Below, piece after piece: positions 18,841 to 28,061 of a DNA stretch of 39,854 nucleotides; within the stretch, counting starts at the first letter, position 1; each line of letters begins with the position of its first letter. The position numbers were made by a program, and so were the translations under genes. The stretch comes from Pseudomonadota bacterium. GTDB lineage: Bacteria; Bdellovibrionota; Bdellovibrionia; Bdellovibrionales; SG-bin7. The notes below the pieces were generated by a model. That model worked only from the letters and a program-made list of their open reading frames with translations, had not been told where the DNA came from and did not search any database. The stretch spans positions 1 to 39,854 of the forward strand of contig JAWXAY010000073.1 in assembly GCA_034439715.1 (NCBI GenBank), written 5' to 3'.

Positions 18841-20112
18841 TTAGTTTTTAAGTTTAGCTAGCACCGCCCCAACTAAATAAAGTGAGCCTGAAACCAAAAT
18901 CATATCCTTAGGACTTGCCACTTCTAATATTTGACTAAGTGCTTTCATTGGGTCTTTATCATTAAAAAAAGCCCGCTCTGACCAAGCTCCGTATTTTTTG
19001 AGTTCAAGACCACGAAAAGGCGTTTCTGTTAAAACCACTCGAGCCCGTGGAATGCTAAAAAAACCTTCGAGCATTTTACTATAGTCTTTACTCTTACCAA
19101 CACCTATCAATAGGTAAATATTCTCATACTCATGATGTTCAAGAATCTCTTTTAAACTTTGTACGCCTTGTGGATTATGATCGCCTGAAAAATATATTTT
19201 TTTTGAATTATAATTGACTGAGTCCATGCGCCCCGGCCAATTTAAATTATGTAACAATTGAAGGTATCTCGATGGATCAAAGCCCAGTTCACTAAAAACT
19301 GTCAGCGCCAAAGCAATGTTTTGAGCTCCCCGCAAACCCGGCAGTCGAATCTCTGCTCTGCCCCACTTGGTATCGATAAAATAACTGGGGCCCTCCGCAC
19401 TTTTCAAAACTTCGTATTTAAAGCTTTCTCGCTCTATAAATCGAGCTTTAGACCTATTCTTATAGCCATCCAAGAGTTTTGCAATTTCAGACGGCCATGG
19501 CGCATGAATTACTTTGTGCTCGGCATCGCCTTCGCGCACAATTCCCATCTTATTCTTCGCGATTTCCCACAGGCTCTCGCCCAAAATATCTTGGTGGTCG
19601 AGTCCCAAGGTTGTAATAACAGACGTTTTGTGTTCAATGGCATTAGTGGCATCCCACGTGCCACCCAATCCCACTTCAAAAATCATTGTGTCCAATACAG
19701 GTGATTCGTTTAAAAAAATCTCCAGCGCCATTAGTGTTAACATTTCAAAATGACTTAAAACTTTATGGGGCAACGCCTTTTTTATTCTGTCATGTGCCAG
19801 ACAAAATTTTTCGTAATCCACATTCTTACTCTGAATACGAATGCGTTCGGTAGTCTCGATTAAATGTGGTGAAGTATATAACCCTACTCTCCTTCCAGCA
19901 CCCACGAGTAGCGCCTCAAGTGTGGCCGCAGTTGAACCTTTGCCGTTTGTTCCCGCTACCATTATCACTTTTTTAGGATCATACTTTAGATCTAAGAGCT
20001 TAAGACCTTCGAGCGTGGGCAAAAGCGAAGGCGGCCGATCGGGCATAATAACCCGGGCTTCTAGCTCGATAACTGCATTTTTAAATTTTTCGCGCCAAGA
20101 ATTGGCGCTCAC
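18841..20112 (-). CDS. folC: Dihydrofolate synthase / folylpolyglutamate synthase
   Basis: VAGTNGKGS, YTSPHL, ERI, EVGLGG..DATN, WPGR, DHNPQG, GSLYLVG. Confidence 0.95.
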   Translation of the reverse strand: MSANSWREKFKNAVIELEARVIMPDRPPSLLPTLEGLKLLDLKYDPKKVIMVAGTNGKGSTAATLEALLVGAGRRVGLYTSPHLIETTERIRIQSKNVDYEKFCLAHDRIKKALPHKVLSHFEMLTLMALEIFLNESPVLDTMIFEVGLGGTWDATNAIEHKTSVITTLGLDHQDILGESLWEIAKNKMGIVREGDAEHKVIHAPWPSEIAKLLDGYKNRSKARFIERESFKYEVLKSAEGPSYFIDTKWGRAEIRLPGLRGAQNIALALTVFSELGFDPSRYLQLLHNLNWPGRMDSVNYNSKKIYFSGDHNPQGVQSLKEILEHHEYENIYLLIGVGKSKDYSKMLEGFFSIPRARVVLTETPFRGLELKKYGAWSERAFFNDKDPMKALSQILEVASPKDMILVSGSLYLVGAVLAKLKN

Positions 20113-21404
20113 CTGTTTATCGGCCCCAAAACATTAAAAACTCTTTTGTGCAATTCAATATCATGAACTCGTAAATAGTGAATCCTTTTTGTAGCCAAGA
20201 ACGTGGAGGCGCCTACTGTTTCAATGTCTCGTTCCCCAAATTCTCTCAAAGTAAATTGACTCAGAAATGACTTCCGAGAGTGGCCAACCATTAATCTCAC
20301 TCCCAGAATCTTAAATTCTTCAATTCTTTTTAATATTTCAAGACTCTGCTGAGAAGTCTTACCAAAACCAATTCCGGGGTCAAATATCAAACGGTCCTTT
20401 TGAATTCCCATTTTCTCGAGGTAGGTGGTTTTCTCATTGGCCCAAGTCATAATTTCTTCAGTAGCATCACAATTAGTGTCCAGTGTGACATTTTTATTGG
20501 CCGGAATTCCTAGATTGTGCATAAACACAATATCACCTTGAAAGTCCTTAAGCACCGAAATCATTTTTTCGTCACTCACACCACTGACGTCATTGATCCA
20601 GTCGACTTTTAATTCCAAGAGTTTTTTTGCTGTTTCATGATGATAAGTGTCGATGCTGATTTCAACTTCTAAATTATTCTGACTGACAATTTTTAAAATT
20701 TCTGGGAATAGGCACTTGAGTCGTTCGATCTCCTTCTCCGCTGATAACGGGCTAGCCCCAGGGCGCGTACTTTCTGCGCCAATATCTATGACTTGAGCAC
20801 CGCTGGCTACCAAGTCGTGAAGTTTTTTAACAAAGACTGCGGATTCCATACGGGCTTCGCCATCACTAAAAGAATCCGGAGTAAGATTAAGTATTCCCAC
20901 TAATTGTGGCATGCCTGCCTGCCAAGATATGGGCTTCGTATTAAAAGGGGTTTTTTTCTGCCATTCTTTAAGAACTTGATTGGTTTCTAAGCCCAATGGC
21001 GCTAGTTCTAGTAGTGGCAGAAGGGCAAAGGGTCTCTTTAAAATTTCTGGGTGAGGTACTTTCAACTTTTCAGATTCAATGTTTGTCGTTCCCCAAGATA
21101 AAATATCAATGTCAATTTCTCGCGGCGCCCAGCGCTCGCACTTCTCTCGACCTATTTTTTTTTCGATTTCTTTTAAAAGATCAAGAAGTTCAAATGGACT
21201 AAAGGTAGTGTCTCCAGATATTGCTAAATTTAGAAATGGAATATTCCAACTGTCCGGTGAGTCTTTTGGCAAAAGAGCGTCCGACTCAAAGGCCGTCGAT
21301 ACCTTAATATTTGCTAATAGACCTTGAAACTCAATCTCCCAAATGGCCCTAGAAATATTTTTTTTTCGATTTCCAATATTAGAACCAAGACCTAAAATGA
21401 CCAT
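20109..21404 (-). CDS. folKP: Bifunctional HPPK / dihydropteroate synthase (FolK-FolP fusion)
   Basis: FolK: GLGSNIG, FLN, RWAPREIDIDIL, PHPEILKRPF; FolP: GILNLTPDSFSDG, GAESTRPG, FDPGIGFGK, SRKSF, RVHD. Confidence 0.95.
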   Translation of the reverse strand: MVILGLGSNIGNRKKNISRAIWEIEFQGLLANIKVSTAFESDALLPKDSPDSWNIPFLNLAISGDTTFSPFELLDLLKEIEKKIGREKCERWAPREIDIDILSWGTTNIESEKLKVPHPEILKRPFALLPLLELAPLGLETNQVLKEWQKKTPFNTKPISWQAGMPQLVGILNLTPDSFSDGEARMESAVFVKKLHDLVASGAQVIDIGAESTRPGASPLSAEKEIERLKCLFPEILKIVSQNNLEVEISIDTYHHETAKKLLELKVDWINDVSGVSDEKMISVLKDFQGDIVFMHNLGIPANKNVTLDTNCDATEEIMTWANEKTTYLEKMGIQKDRLIFDPGIGFGKTSQQSLEILKRIEEFKILGVRLMVGHSRKSFLSQFTLREFGERDIETVGASTFLATKRIHYLRVHDIELHKRVFNVLGPINR

Positions 21405-21784
21405 TTACTGTACTTTACTCCCCCAAGTAGTCCGTCAACTGGGGGTTGAGTTTTGGTAATCGACAAGTGAAGCTTTGCATTGATATCAAGTTTCTGAGAG
21501 AGGAACTCAAAAATATCTGAAGACAGCTTTTCGAGCATAGCAAAATGTTTTTCGGCTAAAAAGGCACGCAAATCAAGAATAAGAGTATGATAGCAGATAG
21601 TGTCTTTAAGTAAGTCCGACTTTATGGCCTTGGGCTCTTCTGTAAAATAGAAATTAATATCAGCTAATACCTCTTGTTTATTTGCCCGCTCAGCTTCTGA
21701 AAATCCGAGGTGAACAAAAAGCTGAACACCTCGCACATTAAGAGTCGAAACTATGGCATTAGCATACGTGGGAATAAACTCCAC
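21392..21784 (-). CDS. folB: Dihydroneopterin aldolase
   Basis: HLG..EAER..Q, DTICY, LEKL, ITK..PP; position within the fol operon; exact start uncertain (GTG inside the upstream gene). Confidence 0.85.
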   Translation of the reverse strand: MEFIPTYANAIVSTLNVRGVQLFVHLGFSEAERANKQEVLADINFYFTEEPKAIKSDLLKDTICYHTLILDLRAFLAEKHFAMLEKLSSDIFEFLSQKLDINAKLHLSITKTQPPVDGLLGGVKYSKWSF

Positions 21785-22412
21785 TTAAAAGACTCCACAT
21801 CTTTTCTGCAATAACATGGGCTGCACGGCGAGCACGTTCTTTCTGCAGGTCATCTAGACCATCTATCAAGTCAGCGGTCACTTGTGAGTGCCATTTGTCG
21901 GCCTCGAGATGTACGTTAAAAAAATCTAATGTGCGCTCGTCTGAGATGTTGTAGTGTTTTTTTAATCCCTCAATTTTTGACGCTGCCACTTCGGGGATTT
22001 GATTCTCATAAGCAAACAGGGCGCCTAATCCTTCTTCGTATGAAGACCGAGAGAATGCAAAAAAGGTATTAATAAGATCTTGAGTTGCCGCATTAGGTGC
22101 CTCATTGATCACGGACTCTCGAGTTTCGCCGATACCCTCAGCAAAGCATAACCAAAGTTCTGGGTGGTTTCGGTCGCCACGCTCTTCATCGATTAAGTTT
22201 TCTAATAGGATCTGGCGCTGAGAAATATCATCACAGTTAGAATGTGTGGCGCTGAGATACCGTGGAAATTGTTTTACATGTTGAAAGTACTGGCGAGCAT
22301 AGGATCCCAGTGACTCCAAAGGCAGTTCGCCCTTGACCCAAGCCTGATAAAATGGATGCTTTAATAAATGATTTGGTGATAATTCCTGTAATAAATCTGT
22401 GCTAAAGGCCAT
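21759..22412 (-). CDS. CADD/CT610-family heme-oxygenase-like dimetal enzyme, putative self-sacrificing pABA synthase
   Basis: HPFYQAW.KGEL, FPRYLSATHS.CDD, LLENLIDEE...NHPELW, YENQIPEVA.SKI.GL, FFNVH.EAD.WH; RBS GGAGG before ATG 22412; first gene of the fol operon. Confidence 0.9.
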   Translation of the reverse strand: MAFSTDLLQELSPNHLLKHPFYQAWVKGELPLESLGSYARQYFQHVKQFPRYLSATHSNCDDISQRQILLENLIDEERGDRNHPELWLCFAEGIGETRESVINEAPNAATQDLINTFFAFSRSSYEEGLGALFAYENQIPEVAASKIEGLKKHYNISDERTLDFFNVHLEADKWHSQVTADLIDGLDDLQKERARRAAHVIAEKMWSLLSGVYSHVC

Positions 22413-22482
22413 ATCCCCTCCCTTGGTTTTGTTTATCCTCAAACAACCCTTCAAGACGGTCAAGAAATAAGATAGAATATCT

Positions 22483-23025
22483 TTGATGAAGCGATGCCTA
22501 CTTATTTTATTAGCCCTAACCTCTTTTACCGTTTCTGCTCAAACCATAGACCAAGTTAAAAAATTTAAAGTTTCAAATCCATCCAATACAGTTTCTAATA
22601 CTCCCAGTAATGCGCCGTCTGTTGCTCCCCAATCAAGTCCTCTCCCACTTGCTCCCAACTTGCAACCCCCTTCTGCCCAAAGCACGGAACAGCCCTTTAA
22701 CTTCTTGCTAAATCCCAAGGTGCAAAAGATAGCTAAATTTTTATCTAATAAAAAGATTGTTTCGGCGCTCAATACTTTTTCTGAGAGAGAAAATATCCGA
22801 AAGATGCTTAAAGCTCAGCTCGCTTTGATGTTGGTCATGTTTATTTTGCGCGCCTGGATAAGTCCTAAAACAAAGACCTTTATGGCAGGCCTATTAGCGA
22901 ATCTCTGGCTGACGGCGCTGTACCTCTTTGTGTCCCTGTTATTACTGCCGAATTTTATTTATGGTCCTGGCTATCTTGATTTTGTTAAAGAGGCCTATGC
23001 CTTTTCCAAAGAATTTACCGGCTAA
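22483..23025 (+). CDS. Hypothetical membrane protein
   Basis: Signal peptide, Pro/Ser/Asn-rich linker, two C-terminal TM helices. Confidence 0.7.
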   Translation: MMKRCLLILLALTSFTVSAQTIDQVKKFKVSNPSNTVSNTPSNAPSVAPQSSPLPLAPNLQPPSAQSTEQPFNFLLNPKVQKIAKFLSNKKIVSALNTFSERENIRKMLKAQLALMLVMFILRAWISPKTKTFMAGLLANLWLTALYLFVSLLLLPNFIYGPGYLDFVKEAYAFSKEFTG

Positions 23026-23041
23026 AAAAATACAATGATGT

Positions 23042-24532
23042 TTACTCTTCGCCGCTCGAACTTTCGCCTGTTTCTGATAAATATCGATCGTTATAGGCGA
23101 TGTCTGCGCGATCTCTGAGTTTCTTGGTCCATTCACCTATTGCTGATTGAGCTCGCGATTGCGCCAACCATTTATCGCTGTCGGGTTCTTTGGCGTCTTT
23201 CAAATCCTTGACTATCGATTTGTAACGGAGGACATACCCCACACCGGCATTCATGATTAGCTTAACTGCCAACGGATTGTCTTTATTCAACCTAATTGCC
23301 GCCTCGACCGCTTCTGTGCTTTCACCAAGTCCTGGAATCTGGGCGGATTCTAAAGTAAACTCGGCAGACTCTTGCCATTTAACTCCCCATGTTTTCAGCC
23401 ACTCATCTACTGCCCTCATATCCTTTTTTTCAAGGTGACCCGCTAATGTTTGGCTAACGGACTGAGTTTTTAATCTGAGCGTAAGAATTTTTGCAATCTC
23501 CTTTTTTGCCTCCTCAAATGAAGTTTCTTTGGCGGCTCTTTTCTCTTCAACCTTAATCAGATGATACCCAAATTCAGATTTTACAGGAGCACTTATTTTT
23601 CCAGGAGTTAAACTAAATGCCATGGTTTCAAACTCTGGCACCATCTGTCCTCGTCCAAAAAAACCCAGATCGCCTTGTTTCGATTTGCTCGAGTCTTCGC
23701 TGAATTTAGACGCCATTTCGCCAAAATTGTCGGCTGTGACTTGACCAGATATTTCAGTAATTTTTTTTAAGGCCTCTGCCTCACTTCCCGCGTCTGACTT
23801 TTTGGCTTTTATTAAAATGTGCCTAGCTCTAACTTCTTCCTCTTTGCGAAAATCCATTTTATGTTCGTCGAAATAAGTGATAATTTCTTTTTCGCGCGTT
23901 GCTATCGCTTGCTTTATGTCATCGTCGCTGACCTGAAGCTTGGGCGCCAGTTCCTTGGGCTCAATTTTTGCGTACTCAATTTTAAGTTTAGTATCCTTTA
24001 CTATGCCTTCTTTTTTCCGCTCCATGGCAGAGGGATCGAGGGCAATTTTCATAAGTTCGGCTACTTTTCCATTTCGTAGGCTTTTGCGGATATCCCCTTC
24101 AAATTTTGCGGCTGTTAGTTTGTTATTCTTTAACAACTTATCGTAAGTAAGTTTATTAAAGCGGCCATCTACTTGAAAGGCGGAAATCTCAATGACGTAG
24201 TCTGTAACTTCAGCGTCAGTAACATAAACACCTTCTTTCTCGGCAGCCTGAGAAATTAGCTCTAAGCCTATTAGCTCATCTAGTGCCTGCTTCTTAATCA
24301 TTTTCTGAAACCCAGCAAACTGGTTACCAAACATTTTATACATTTGTTCTTTACGTTCTACGGCTTGCTTATACTCCGGCACAGAAATAACGCCTTTATT
24401 CACAGTGGCTACAATGCCTCCACCTACGTTGCCAACGTTACTTGACGGAATTCCAAAAAGCGCAAAAACGACTGTTATGCCTAAAAATAAAAGTACGTTA
24501 GTTGCTTTGCGGGTTTGTGACCGGATTGCCAT
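23042..24532 (-). CDS. ppiD: PpiD-like periplasmic chaperone (SurA-N + parvulin PPIase)
   Basis: N-terminal TM; VRARHILIK, GDLGFFGRGQMVPEFE, SEFGYHLIK; RBS AGGAGG before ATG 24532. Confidence 0.88.
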   Translation of the reverse strand: MAIRSQTRKATNVLLFLGITVVFALFGIPSSNVGNVGGGIVATVNKGVISVPEYKQAVERKEQMYKMFGNQFAGFQKMIKKQALDELIGLELISQAAEKEGVYVTDAEVTDYVIEISAFQVDGRFNKLTYDKLLKNNKLTAAKFEGDIRKSLRNGKVAELMKIALDPSAMERKKEGIVKDTKLKIEYAKIEPKELAPKLQVSDDDIKQAIATREKEIITYFDEHKMDFRKEEEVRARHILIKAKKSDAGSEAEALKKITEISGQVTADNFGEMASKFSEDSSKSKQGDLGFFGRGQMVPEFETMAFSLTPGKISAPVKSEFGYHLIKVEEKRAAKETSFEEAKKEIAKILTLRLKTQSVSQTLAGHLEKKDMRAVDEWLKTWGVKWQESAEFTLESAQIPGLGESTEAVEAAIRLNKDNPLAVKLIMNAGVGYVLRYKSIVKDLKDAKEPDSDKWLAQSRAQSAIGEWTKKLRDRADIAYNDRYLSETGESSSGEE

Positions 24533-24661
24533 AATGCCTCCTAAGATTCGCAGAATATACATTTCATATTTATTATCTCAAAAATTCAAGTGCTTTGTAG
24601 GATGAGTTTTACCTTGTTTCTCATGCGTTAATAAGACAAAATTAATAAGGAGCCCCTGAAG

Positions 24662-25501
24662 ATGAACTATTTTAGTTTTGATATAAAAAAAATATGTGTG
24701 ATTGCGTTGCTAATTGCACTGCCCTTTCTGGCTATTAACACTCAGCGCAAGGACGGAGAGATGCCTTGGTTTTTGGTCCCCTTTTCCGCCTCCTTAGGGG
24801 TTGTCAATCAAGGCTACTCCGAGTTTAGCACAGGTGTGAGAAGGACAACCGCGTTCTACCTCAATCTTTTGGATATTAAAAAAATAAATCTGGCACTTCT
24901 TAAAGAGAATCTAGAATTAAAAGCTCGCATGACTCAGTTTGAAGAACTCAGCCAAGAAAACCAACATTTGAATAGCCTTTTGGATTTTAAGAAAGAATCT
25001 AAATCTGAAATTCTCATTGCTAGGGTCATTGGGATTGATATCAATGCGGACTATGAAACAATTCGCATTAATAAAGGCAGCCAAGATGGACTTAAACCTT
25101 TCATGCCCGTCATTGCCCCTAATGGCGTTATTGGCTATATTTTTAGGCCACAAACGCATTCGTCCCAGGTTCTTCTTCTTTCCGATAGAAACACTGTTGT
25201 AGATGGGCAGATACAAAGAACCCGAGCACATGGCCTTATTGAGGGCGCCTCGCGAGATAAATTAAGAATGTTGTATATCTTACGCGCAGATGATGCCGCA
25301 GTGGGTGACGTTGTGACGACTAGCGGAATCAATAAGATTTTTCCGCGCGGAGTACCGATTGGCAAAATCGTCAGTGCAGAAAGAGATGCCAATGGAATTA
25401 GTCAGATTATAGAAATAAAGCCCGATGTAAATCCCTATAATCTCGATGAAGTCTTGGTACTTAAGAAAGTAGCCGAAGAACCAGTGGAGCCCTCACAGTG
25501 A
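24662..25501 (+). CDS. mreC: Rod shape-determining protein MreC
   Basis: Coiled coil, INKGSQDG, GDVVTTSG...FPRGVPIG. Confidence 0.95.
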   Translation: MNYFSFDIKKICVIALLIALPFLAINTQRKDGEMPWFLVPFSASLGVVNQGYSEFSTGVRRTTAFYLNLLDIKKINLALLKENLELKARMTQFEELSQENQHLNSLLDFKKESKSEILIARVIGIDINADYETIRINKGSQDGLKPFMPVIAPNGVIGYIFRPQTHSSQVLLLSDRNTVVDGQIQRTRAHGLIEGASRDKLRMLYILRADDAAVGDVVTTSGINKIFPRGVPIGKIVSAERDANGISQIIEIKPDVNPYNLDEVLVLKKVAEEPVEPSQ

Positions 25502-26037
25502 AAGAGTTTAATCAGACCGTAGCAAACATGGGCCTTGTTTACCTACTGCTAGTTGTTCTTTGCCTTTTTCAAACAGCACTTTGGTTTCAGGTTTTTCACC
25601 CAATTCCTCCTCCTAATTTGTGGTTACCCATTATAGTTTATGTTACTATTTATAGAAGAATTGGCATCAGCCTGCTCACTTTAGTTTTATTAGGATTTAC
25701 TCTCATAACTTTGAGCTCGAAACCGGTAAATCTTTTCTTTCTCTCTTTGCTCGCTGTTGCGTTGACAACTCATCTCGTTCGTATGAAGTTTTTTTGGACA
25801 GGCTCAAGTTATTTTTTGATGTCTTGCCTTATTTCTATTTTCTCCTACCATGTTTTTTCTTGGCTGCTCTCCTTTAACTTAGAAGCAAATTTTTTACGTT
25901 CTCCACGCTGGGGCGCTTGGCTCATGGAATTTTTTTTGACACCCATCATTGCGCCTCTTTTATACAGTATTTTAAAAAAAATTGACCAGTTGACTGATTT
26001 TCAGGAGCCCGGGGAATTTGGATTTCGTAGACTATGA
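25498..26037 (+). CDS. mreD: Rod shape-determining protein MreD
   Basis: Polytopic membrane protein between mreC and mrdA with overlapping start/stop codons. Confidence 0.8.
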   Translation: MKEFNQTVANMGLVYLLLVVLCLFQTALWFQVFHPIPPPNLWLPIIVYVTIYRRIGISLLTLVLLGFTLITLSSKPVNLFFLSLLAVALTTHLVRMKFFWTGSSYFLMSCLISIFSYHVFSWLLSFNLEANFLRSPRWGAWLMEFFLTPIIAPLLYSILKKIDQLTDFQEPGEFGFRRL

Positions 26038-28061
26038 GAGCGCATTACGTCGATAGTGCCGAAGAAACCAGGGAGTATCAACAACGTTACTGGTTTCTCT
26101 ACGTCATTGTGGTTTTTTTCTTTGTCATATTTTGTTTGCGTCTTTGGTATCTGCAAATTATGCGTGGGGGCGAATTACGATTTGTTTCTGAAAAAAACGT
26201 TAGCAAAAAAACGACGATCGCGGCGCCTCGCGGACTTTTTTACGACAGGGATAGTCGCGTCTTGGTCGAAAATCTTATTGGTACCGAGGCTGCCATCGTG
26301 CCTCAATACTTACAGGATTCTGAAAAAACCATCGAGGCTGTGGCCCTGACGTTGAAACTAAACCCCACTCAAATATCAAATGAGATTAACAAAAGTCGAA
26401 GAAAGAATGGCGCCTTTCAACCTGTAAAAATAAAAGAAAATCTTTCTCTTGAAGAAGTTTTTAAGCTGCGCTTAATGCGCATTGACCACCCTGCCCTGAC
26501 AATTAGAGAAGTTATTTTAAGAAGCTATCCACTAAAAGAAAATAGCGCCCAGTTGTTAGGTTTTGTTGGTGAAATAACAAAAAACCAAATACCTGTCCTC
26601 AACAAGAAATACCGCGATCTCAAGTTTAGACAAGGTGACCAAATTGGCAAACGAGGTTTGGAGAGATTTCGGGACGAAGAAATCAGAGGTAAGGACGGCG
26701 TTCAACATTTTGGGGTTGATGCCAGAGGTCGTGGGGCCGAAACTTTAAGCCAAGAACTCTTAGAAAGTATTAAAAAATTTAATGCACAACCCCTACAGGG
26801 AAAAAATCTGTATTTGACTATCGACAAAGATATTCAAGAGACAGCTTTTAGCTCCTTCGTAGGGCAAAAACGTATCGGTGGGCTCGTGGCCATGAAAAAC
26901 AATGGCGAAGTACTCGCCTGGGTAAGTTCACCGTCATTTGATCCCAACAATTTCTCCTCGGGAATGTCTTCAGAATTTTGGGCTCAGCTAATTAACGACC
27001 CCTATAACCCCTTAACTGACAAAGTTATTCAGTACCATTCAGCTCCTGGTTCCACCTTCAAGACGATTTTGGCCTTGGCCGGTTTACAGGAAAAAAAGAT
27101 TTCTCCGTGGAAAACTGAATATTGTACTGGTTCTATGAGAATGGGCACTCGGCCATATCATTGTGCGAGCAAGACAGGACACGGCACCGTAAATATGTTC
27201 CAGGCTATTGAGCGATCCTGTAATATTTATTTTTTTAAATTGGGAATTTTGTTAGGAATTGATAAAATTGCGGAGTACGCCTTTGCATTAGGTCTTGGTA
27301 AAAAAACAGGAATCGACCTTTTTGGAGAAATAGCCGGCCACGTTCCCACCGAAGCCTGGAAAAAATCGGCTATCGGCGAAGAATGGCAACTGGGCGAAAC
27401 GCTTAGTAATTCGATTGGCCAAGGATTTGTATTATCAACTCCCATTCAAATGGCCATGGCCTATGCTACCATCGCTAATGAAGGCCCCATGTATCGTCCG
27501 TTTATAGTAAAAAAAATTACTGATTACCAAAATCACACGATCCAAGAATTTCAACCGACCCTAATATCAGATCTTTCTGTGAAACAAGATAATCAACTAT
27601 TTATAGATAAAGAAACTTTTAAAACTGTAAAGAAAGGTTTGTGGCAGGTTGCCAATGGCGAAAATGGCACGGCCCGCTGGTGGAAAATTCCTGGAGTCGA
27701 AATTTCTGGTAAAACCGGTACCGGCCAACTTTACTCCTTTGCTTCTTCCGAGGCGGCTTATGCCGATTGTGCCTCAAAACCCCTTAATCAAAGACACCAT
27801 GGCTGGTTTATTGGTTACGCCCCTCCTGTGAACCCTGAAATTACAGTAGCGATTTTAGCAGAACACTCTTGTCACGGGAGCACGGGCGCCGCGCCCATTG
27901 TCCGCGACGTCATTAAAGCTTATTTTGAAAAATATCACCCTGAAATGCTAAAAGTTGCCAAACCTGTCGCTAAAGCAACTAATGATCCAAAAAGCGAACC
28001 AAAGAACGAGCCCAAAAATGAGCCAAAGAGTGAGCCCAAAAATGAGGTAGTCACCGAATGA
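26034..28061 (+). CDS. mrdA: Penicillin-binding protein 2
   Basis: PGSTFK (SxxK), SCN (SxN), KTGT; N-terminal TM; APRG..YDR. Confidence 0.95.
   Translation: MRAHYVDSAEETREYQQRYWFLYVIVVFFFVIFCLRLWYLQIMRGGELRFVSEKNVSKKTTIAAPRGLFYDRDSRVLVENLIGTEAAIVPQYLQDSEKTIEAVALTLKLNPTQISNEINKSRRKNGAFQPVKIKENLSLEEVFKLRLMRIDHPALTIREVILRSYPLKENSAQLLGFVGEITKNQIPVLNKKYRDLKFRQGDQIGKRGLERFRDEEIRGKDGVQHFGVDARGRGAETLSQELLESIKKFNAQPLQGKNLYLTIDKDIQETAFSSFVGQKRIGGLVAMKNNGEVLAWVSSPSFDPNNFSSGMSSEFWAQLINDPYNPLTDKVIQYHSAPGSTFKTILALAGLQEKKISPWKTEYCTGSMRMGTRPYHCASKTGHGTVNMFQAIERSCNIYFFKLGILLGIDKIAEYAFALGLGKKTGIDLFGEIAGHVPTEAWKKSAIGEEWQLGETLSNSIGQGFVLSTPIQMAMAYATIANEGPMYRPFIVKKITDYQNHTIQEFQPTLISDLSVKQDNQLFIDKETFKTVKKGLWQVANGENGTARWWKIPGVEISGKTGTGQLYSFASSEAAYADCASKPLNQRHHGWFIGYAPPVNPEITVAILAEHSCHGSTGAAPIVRDVIKAYFEKYHPEMLKVAKPVAKATNDPKSEPKNEPKNEPKSEPKNEVVTE
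27984..28046 (+). repeat. Degenerate 12-bp tandem repeat x5 encoding (D/E)PK(S/N) at the PBP2 C-terminus
   Basis: GATCCAAAAAGC GAACCAAAGAAC GAGCCCAAAAAT GAGCCAAAGAGT GAGCCCAAAAAT GAG. Confidence 0.85.

Noticed and set aside
24533..24661. mreB missing upstream of mreC
   Set aside because: To my recollection, ppiD divergent from mreCD-mrdA-rodA with mreB elsewhere is a known arrangement in related lineages; not novel
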